The notes under the pieces were generated by a model. That model did not search any database. It worked only from the letters and a program-made list of their open reading frames with translations, and was not told where the DNA came from. Below, one piece after another: positions 58,479 to 64,000 of a DNA stretch of 64,000 bases; positions within the stretch are counted from its first letter, which is position 1; each line of letters begins with the position of its first letter. Both the position numbers and the translations under genes were made by a program. This stretch comes from Deltaproteobacteria bacterium. GTDB lineage: Bacteria; Myxococcota; Myxococcia; SLRQ01. Where the stretch lies: assembly GCA_029210625.1 (NCBI GenBank), contig JARGFU010000001.1:69806-133805 (forward strand). The letters run 5' to 3'.

Positions 58479-59789
58479 TCAGCGGCGGCCCGGGGTTCGC
58501 CCCAGGGCGAAGCCGAGGAAGCGCGAGCGCACCTGCCGGCTGGCCAGCGCCCGCTCCGCCCCCGGCAGGCGGCAGAGGGCGTCCACGGCCTGGCCGAGGA
58601 AGCTCGCGCCGAGGCTCTCGCCTCCGTCGAAGATCAGCTGCCCGAGGCGCCCCCGCTCCAGACTCTGGCGGATCACGCGATCCACCGAGTTCAGGGGGAC
58701 ATCGGGGTCCTCGGCGCGCTGCCTCATCCGCATGGCCTCCTTGCCGCAGGCGGTGGCGCAGACCCCGCAGCCGATGCAGCGCTCCTCTTCGACCACCGGC
58801 CGCATCTGGTTCTTCCGGACCGTCCGCTCCCTCCGGGGCACCATCGAGATGGCCGCGATGGGGCAGGCGCGGGAGCAGCGCTGGCAGCCCACGCAGGTCT
58901 CGTCGTCGGCCTCGGCCAGGAAGCGGCTGGGGTTCACGGCCGGCAGGTCGTACTCGTTGATCGCCTGGAGCTGACCACAGCAGCAGCCACAGCAGTTGCA
59001 GAGGTAGCTCGGCCGGCGCTGGACGTTGTCGGCGATCTGCACCAGGCCCGCCTCGCGGGAGCGGTGGAGGATCTCGAGGGCCTCGCTCCTCTCGATCGAC
59101 CACCCGAAGCCCCGCCGGGCGATGAACTCGGCGCCGGCGTCCAGGGAGAGGCAGTTGTCCATCTCGCTGTCGCACTGCTCCCCGAGGTGCTCGGCCTTGT
59201 GGCGGCAGTAGCAGAGGGCCACCGCGAGGCTGCGGGCGCCCTCGATCAGCTCGGTGGCCCGCTCCCAGGGCAGGACGTCGGGCAGCGCGGCGGCCCCGAT
59301 CGCCGTCTCGTGCACCATGGCCCGGCCGATCATCGTCTCGTGGCCGAAGGCCTCCCGGGCGAAGGTCTCGTCGCCGTGGGTGTAGGCCCGCAGGGCCTCG
59401 GCCATCTTCTTGCGGGGGATCTCGTCGTGGGCCCGCATCAGGGAGAACTCGAAGAAGCCCACCACCGGCGGGGAGAGGAGGTAGCGGGTCTTGCCGGTCT
59501 TCGGGTCGACCACGTCCATCACCAGCCCCTTGTCGGCCATCCGGTCGAGGCGGGGCTTCAGCTCCTCGGGGGCAAGCTTCAGCTTCGCCGCGATCTTCCC
59601 CAGGCCCGAGGGCTTCAGCGGCAGGCGGGCCGCGAGGGCCGCCTCCTCTGGGGTGTAGAGGATCTCCAGGATCTCCCGCCAGCCGAAGGCCGCCTTCTCC
59701 GAGGCCGGCTTCGGGTAGCCCACGGGGCCGGCGTCCAGGCGCTCGACGAGATCGGCGTACTCCTGCTTGAGGTGACCGAGGTGACCCAT
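58479..59789 (-). CDS. Multi-cluster iron-sulfur (4Fe-4S) protein
   Basis: Start at ATG 59789 (MGHLGHLKQEY...). Cys clusters CNCCGCCCGQ, CVGCQRCSRACP, CIGCGVCATAC. Same strand as korAB, directly upstream. Confidence 0.7.
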   Translation of the reverse strand: MGHLGHLKQEYADLVERLDAGPVGYPKPASEKAAFGWREILEILYTPEEAALAARLPLKPSGLGKIAAKLKLAPEELKPRLDRMADKGLVMDVVDPKTGKTRYLLSPPVVGFFEFSLMRAHDEIPRKKMAEALRAYTHGDETFAREAFGHETMIGRAMVHETAIGAAALPDVLPWERATELIEGARSLAVALCYCRHKAEHLGEQCDSEMDNCLSLDAGAEFIARRGFGWSIERSEALEILHRSREAGLVQIADNVQRRPSYLCNCCGCCCGQLQAINEYDLPAVNPSRFLAEADDETCVGCQRCSRACPIAAISMVPRRERTVRKNQMRPVVEEERCIGCGVCATACGKEAMRMRQRAEDPDVPLNSVDRVIRQSLERGRLGQLIFDGGESLGASFLGQAVDALCRLPGAERALASRQVRSRFLGFALGRTPGRR

Positions 59790-60124
59790 GGGCGTCCTTT
59801 CGAGGGAGCGGGGAGCGGGTGAGCGAGGGGAGAGCCTACCATTCTGGCGCGAGCGGGACGGCCCCCAATCGAGCGCCCCGGAAGGGGCCAATGGGTGTCC
59901 TGATTCAGGACAGTCTTCGGTTTCGTAAACAATTGATTTCTTTGTGGTTATCGAAAATTGTCCCTCGAATCGCCCGGGAGATGGCTTCCAAGCTGTTTTC
60001 TGTCGCTACAGATGCCGCCCTGGTATGTCCCCTCCTTACACAGGCGCCCAGGAGCGTCACCGTGGCACACATCCTGAGTATGGTTTCCCGGCATTCGAAT
60101 CGCCTCATCGCAAGGGAGCACCGC

Positions 60125-61306
60125 ATGAAGACCCAGATCCTCCGTATCGCCTCCTTCCTGGCCGTCTCGGCCCTCCTCTCGGCCTGCGTGGTCGAGCAGC
60201 GCTTCGACCCGAACGCGAGCGCAGACCCCGATCTGAGGGGGGATCTCACCACCCCGAACATGAGCGTGGCCCCCCGGCGCAGCTGCGGTACCCCCAACCC
60301 GACCGCCACCGAGGTCGAGCAGGTCGCGGTGGTCCTCGACGCCCACCGGGCCGCCATGCGCCTGGCCGCCTCCACCGCGGTCACCATCCCGGTGGCCTGG
60401 CACGTCATCCACAAGGGCAACACCGGCAAGCTCTCCAACGGCGCCATCAGCGGCTCGATCAACGTGCTCAACCAGTCCTACGGCGGCAACACCGGCGGCG
60501 TGGACACCGGCTTCACCTTCTCCCTGGCCAGCGTCACCTACACCGACGACGCCAACTGGTACGACAACTGCGACAGCAGCACGGTCGAGGCGGCGATGAA
60601 GAGCACGCTGCGCACCGGCGGCCCCGAGACCCTCAACGTCTACTCCTGCGGCATGACCGGCAGCGGCCTCCTGGGCTGGGCGACCTTCCCGAGCTGGTAC
60701 GGCGGCAACCCCTCGGACGACGGCGTGGTCCTCCTCGACGGCTCGGTCCCCGGCGGCAACGCGGCCCCCTACAACGAGGGCGACACCCTCACCCACGAGG
60801 TCGGCCACTGGCTCGGCCTCTACCACACCTTCCAGGGCGGCTGCCGTGGCGCGGGTGACTACGTCGACGACACCCCGGCCGAGTCCAGCCCGGCCTACGG
60901 CTGCCCGGTCGGCCGCGACAGCTGCCGCCGCGACACCGGTGACGATCCGGTCGTGAACTTCATGGACTACAGCGACGACTACTGCATGTTCGAGTTCACG
61001 AACGGCCAGGCCGCGCGCATCGTCGACGCCTGGGGCGCCTACCGCGGCGCGGCGGTCCCCGAGTGCAGCGCCGACGCCGACTGCGACGACGGCGACGCCT
61101 GCAACGGCCTCGAGACCTGCTCCGGCGGCGCCTGCCAGGCCGGCACGGCGGTGAGCTGCGGCGCGGGCGAGACCTGCAACGCCTCCACCGGCGCCTGCGA
61201 GGCCGCGCCGCCCGCACCCGAGTGCGCTCCCCGCAAGGCTGCCTGCTCCACCGGCGCGGACTGCTGCTCCGGCAACTGCAACCCCCGGAAGGGCACCTGC
61301 AACTAG
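60125..61306 (+). CDS. Zinc metalloprotease, M43 (pappalysin/ulilysin-like) family lipoprotein with C-terminal Cys-rich domain
   Basis: Signal FLAVSALLSAC. Zinc motif HEVGHWLGLYH (HExxHxxGxxH). C-terminal CxDGDACNGLETCSGGAC... repeats. The track ORF begins 306 nt upstream (read-through). Confidence 0.8.
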   Translation: MKTQILRIASFLAVSALLSACVVEQRFDPNASADPDLRGDLTTPNMSVAPRRSCGTPNPTATEVEQVAVVLDAHRAAMRLAASTAVTIPVAWHVIHKGNTGKLSNGAISGSINVLNQSYGGNTGGVDTGFTFSLASVTYTDDANWYDNCDSSTVEAAMKSTLRTGGPETLNVYSCGMTGSGLLGWATFPSWYGGNPSDDGVVLLDGSVPGGNAAPYNEGDTLTHEVGHWLGLYHTFQGGCRGAGDYVDDTPAESSPAYGCPVGRDSCRRDTGDDPVVNFMDYSDDYCMFEFTNGQAARIVDAWGAYRGAAVPECSADADCDDGDACNGLETCSGGACQAGTAVSCGAGETCNASTGACEAAPPAPECAPRKAACSTGADCCSGNCNPRKGTCN

Positions 61307-61369
61307 GCCGCCGAGGGCGTGAACGAGCGGCCCCCCTCCCCTCCCGGGGTCGGGGGCCGTTCTCTTGGT

Positions 61370-62653
61370 TCACACCTCGAGCTTGCCGAGGTGGTGACCG
61401 CCGGCGAGATCGACGGCGGTCAGCCGCAGGGGCGTGCCGCCCCGGACGGTGAGGGGCTCGCTCTCGACGGTGACCGGATCGGGGTGCCGCCCGCCGGTGG
61501 GGCGGTGGGTGAACCAGATCGGGGTCTTGGAGCTGCGCTCGCAGATCCACCAGGCGTCCAGGCGCTCGAGGCTGGAGACCTCCCTCGGGCCGTCGGCGCC
61601 GGGGACCTCCAGGAGGCGAACGACCGGGCCGGCGAGGCTCCACTCGGCCTCGGCCTCGAGGCCGCCGGCGCGCTCGGGGATCTCTCCGGCGACGGCGAAG
61701 GGGACGCCCTCGTCGATCAGGCGGCGACGGCTCTGGTGGATCGCCAGGGGCAAGGCGTCGATCGAGACGAACTCCCGGCCGAGGCGCGCGGCGGCCACCG
61801 CGGTGGTGCCGGCGCCGCCGAAGGGATCGAGGACGAGGTCCCCGGGATCGCTCGACGCCTCGACGATCCGCTCGAGCAGCGCCACGTTCTTCTGGGTGGC
61901 GTAGCCGGTCTTCTCGGCGCTGAAGCTCTTCACCTGGATCGAGTCGAGGTCGGTCCAGACGTCCTCGATGGGGCGGCCCTCGCCCTCGCCCCCGCCGCGC
62001 CGCTCGTATCCATCCGGGTGGGGCAGGAGCTTCTTGTGGAAGGGCGCGCCGGGCCGGGCGTAGTAGAGGATGACGTCGTGGTTGCGCACCCAGTTCTGGG
62101 CCCGGGTCTTGAAGCCCGAGACCCAGCCGATGCGCCAGATGATCTGCCGGGAGAAGTGCTCGGCCCCGAAGATCTCGTCCATGAGCACCTTCACGTAGTG
62201 GGCCGCCGAGGCGTCGAGGTGCAGGTAGACCGAGCCGTCCTCGGCCAGCAGGTGCGCGATCAGGCGCAGGCGCGGCTCGAGGAAGGAGAGGTACTCCCCC
62301 AGGCCTCCCGACCAGACGTCGTCGAAGGCGTCGACCTCCCAGGAGAGGTCCCGCAGCTTGATCCGGTGCCGGTAGCGGGCCCCGCTGAAGAAGGGGGGAT
62401 CGAGGTAGCAGAGGCGGACCGAGCCGGGCTCCAGGGCCGCCATCGCCGGGAGGTTGTCCCCGAGGATCAGCCGGCCGGAGAGGTTGGCCGCGCGGTCGGC
62501 CCAGCGCTCGTTGTTCTCGAGCAGGGCCGGCTCCACCTCGAGCGGCCCCTCCGGCCTCCCCTCCCAGTGGAGGCGGGGCGCGCCGGCTGCCGCAGCTCGC
62601 TCGATCCGCAGGCTCACCCCGACAGGAATCGCGCCTCGGTTTGCCAGCGTCAA
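61370..62653 (-). CDS. Beta-class N6-adenine/N4-cytosine DNA methyltransferase (DNA methylase N-4/N-6 domain), apparently orphan
   Basis: RLILGDNLPAMAAL...VRLCYLDPPF (motif IV DPPF) followed later by VLDPFGGAGTTAVAA (motif I). This order defines the beta class. A 130-aa C-terminal extension. No restriction-enzyme-like gene on either side. Confidence 0.85.
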   Translation of the reverse strand: MTLANRGAIPVGVSLRIERAAAAGAPRLHWEGRPEGPLEVEPALLENNERWADRAANLSGRLILGDNLPAMAALEPGSVRLCYLDPPFFSGARYRHRIKLRDLSWEVDAFDDVWSGGLGEYLSFLEPRLRLIAHLLAEDGSVYLHLDASAAHYVKVLMDEIFGAEHFSRQIIWRIGWVSGFKTRAQNWVRNHDVILYYARPGAPFHKKLLPHPDGYERRGGGEGEGRPIEDVWTDLDSIQVKSFSAEKTGYATQKNVALLERIVEASSDPGDLVLDPFGGAGTTAVAAARLGREFVSIDALPLAIHQSRRRLIDEGVPFAVAGEIPERAGGLEAEAEWSLAGPVVRLLEVPGADGPREVSSLERLDAWWICERSSKTPIWFTHRPTGGRHPDPVTVESEPLTVRGGTPLRLTAVDLAGGHHLGKLEV

Positions 62654-62715
62654 GGGTCGGCGAGGTCACCCGCGGCGCTTCGCGGCGGCCCGGGCGAGGA
62701 GTAGACTCCCGCGCC

Positions 62716-63795
62716 ATGGACGCACGCAGCGTATTCCTGAAGCAGATCACCGAGGCCTTCGGACCCCCGGGGATGGAGGACGAGGTCGCCGCCATCCTGC
62801 GCGAGCGGGTCGCGCACTTCTGCGAGGTGAGCCGGGACAACATCGGCTCCTTCATCGCGGAGAAGAAGGGCAGCGCCGAGGGCCCCCGGATCATGGTCGC
62901 CGGTCACATGGACGAGGTGGCCTGGATGGTCACCGACCTCGAGAGCGGCGGCTACCTGCGCATCCGCCCTCTGGGCGGCTGGTGGCCCCACGTCATGCTC
63001 GGCCAGCGGGTGATCGTCCGCACGGCCAAGGGCTCCTTCCTGGGGATCATCGGCTCCAAGCCGCCCCACGAGCTCAAGGAGGACGAGCGCAAGAAGGTCC
63101 TCGACTGGGACGACATCTTCGTCGACCTCGGCGCGGCCGAGAACTTCGACGTCCTCGAGGCCACCGGCGTCCGCCGCGGCGACTTCGTGGTGCCCCACGC
63201 GCCCTACGAGACCCTCGTCAACGAGAAGCTCTCGGTGGTGAAGGCCTGGGACAACCGGGTGGGCTGCGCCCTGGCCACCGATCTGCTCCGGGAGCTGAAG
63301 GACCAGGATCACCCCAACACGGTCTTCGGCGTCGCCACCGTGCAGGAGGAGATCGGCCTGCGGGGCGCCGACACCAGCGCCTACTCGGTGAAGCCCGACA
63401 TCGCCTTCGCCGTCGACGTGGGCCTCGCCCTCGACACCCCGGGCTCCAAGAAGAGCGAGAAGAACCCCGAGCGCCTCGGCAGCGGCGTGAGCATCCTGCT
63501 CCTCGAGGGCCGGGCCGTGGCCCACCCCCGCCTCGCCCGCTTCGTGATGGACGTGGCCGAGGAGGAGAAGATCCCCTACCACGCCACGTCGTTGGGTGGA
63601 GGCAGCACGGACGCCAACCGCTTCCAGGTCGCCGGCGCCGGCGTACCCAGCGTGGCGATCTGCGTCCCCTCCCGCTACATCCACTCCCACTCCTCGTTGA
63701 TCCACCGCGACGACTACGATTCGGCGCTGGCGCTGCTCACCGCCGTCACGAAGCGGCTGGACGAGGAGACGGTGCGGAAGATCCGGGGCGGCTGA
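62716..63795 (+). CDS. M42-family aminopeptidase (FrvX/YsdC-like)
   Basis: Start at ATG 62716 (MDARSVFLKQ...). Conserved blocks MVAGHMDEVAWMV, VQEEIGLRGA, GGGSTDA. Confidence 0.85.
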   Translation: MDARSVFLKQITEAFGPPGMEDEVAAILRERVAHFCEVSRDNIGSFIAEKKGSAEGPRIMVAGHMDEVAWMVTDLESGGYLRIRPLGGWWPHVMLGQRVIVRTAKGSFLGIIGSKPPHELKEDERKKVLDWDDIFVDLGAAENFDVLEATGVRRGDFVVPHAPYETLVNEKLSVVKAWDNRVGCALATDLLRELKDQDHPNTVFGVATVQEEIGLRGADTSAYSVKPDIAFAVDVGLALDTPGSKKSEKNPERLGSGVSILLLEGRAVAHPRLARFVMDVAEEEKIPYHATSLGGGSTDANRFQVAGAGVPSVAICVPSRYIHSHSSLIHRDDYDSALALLTAVTKRLDEETVRKIRGG

Positions 63796-63840
63796 CGAGG
63801 GCCGGGTGAGGGCGGCGCGCTCCCGTACGCCGCCCTCGCG

Positions 63841-64000
63841 CGCGGCCGGATCAGCTCTCGCTGGTCAGCGCCTCCGGCGCCTTCGCGGCGCCGCGGGTGC
63901 TGAAGCCCAGGAGGGTGTAGGCGGGACAGGTCCCGAGCGCGCCGGTGACCAGCGGCAGCAGGCCGATCCAACCCCAGGGGGTCTGGGGACCGACGAAGAC
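63841..64000 (-). CDS. DUF2892 (YgaP C-terminal-like) membrane protein, 5' part outside window
   Basis: Reverse-strand translation ...GPQTPWGWIGLLPLVTGALGTCPAYTLLGFSTRGAAKAPEALTSES* with stop at 63841-63843. Confidence 0.45.

Overview
This window is a very GC-rich chromosomal segment with strong G/C bias at third codon positions. By eye it is about two-thirds to 70% G+C; this was not computed. Several markers point to a myxobacterium (Myxococcota): many eukaryotic-like Ser/Thr kinases, a MYXO-CTERM-type sorting tail, 'Myxococcus cysteine-rich repeat' modules, PEGA domains and two TIGR02265/DUF2378-like paralogues. I support about 50 protein-coding genes. I could not support any rRNA, tRNA, CRISPR array or mobile-element gene (transposase or integrase) in this window.

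Main content, in order along the window:
- Three tandem, translationally coupled membrane Ser/Thr kinases (737-7210).
- A five-gene operon: zinc-finger/TM protein, DUF4129, DUF4350, MoxR AAA+ ATPase, DUF58 (8012-14150).
- A dense cluster combining c-di-GMP (PilZ), phospho-threonine (FHA), Ser/Thr-kinase and histidine-kinase signalling (14621-22207). This includes a PilZ-kinase fusion, an FHA-PilZ fusion and an FHA-GAF histidine kinase.
- A large Cys-rich repeat lipoprotein (22986-25031).
- An apparently frameshifted S33 alpha/beta hydrolase (25714-27269).
- SpoIIM-like and RDD membrane proteins, an MMPL transporter, then a GNAT acetyltransferase followed by a KamA-family lysine-2,3-aminomutase-like radical-SAM enzyme, and endonuclease III.
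- A MYXO-CTERM surface protein with three internal repeats, AmtB, and an outer-membrane/lipoprotein/secreted-protein block sharing a paralogous module.
- Housekeeping genes: acs, korAB preceded by a large Fe-S protein, an M43 metalloprotease, an orphan beta-class DNA methyltransferase and an M42 peptidase.

Non-coding signals worth noting are a heptanucleotide tandem repeat, a 15-nt in-frame tandem repeat, a long AT-rich inverted repeat whose ACAATTG half-site recurs elsewhere, and an unusually AT-rich 335-bp divergent intergenic region.

Many long ORFs in the six-frame track are GC-driven artefacts. Their translations are R/G/P/A-rich and they overlap good genes on the opposite strand or in another frame. 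I rejected them.
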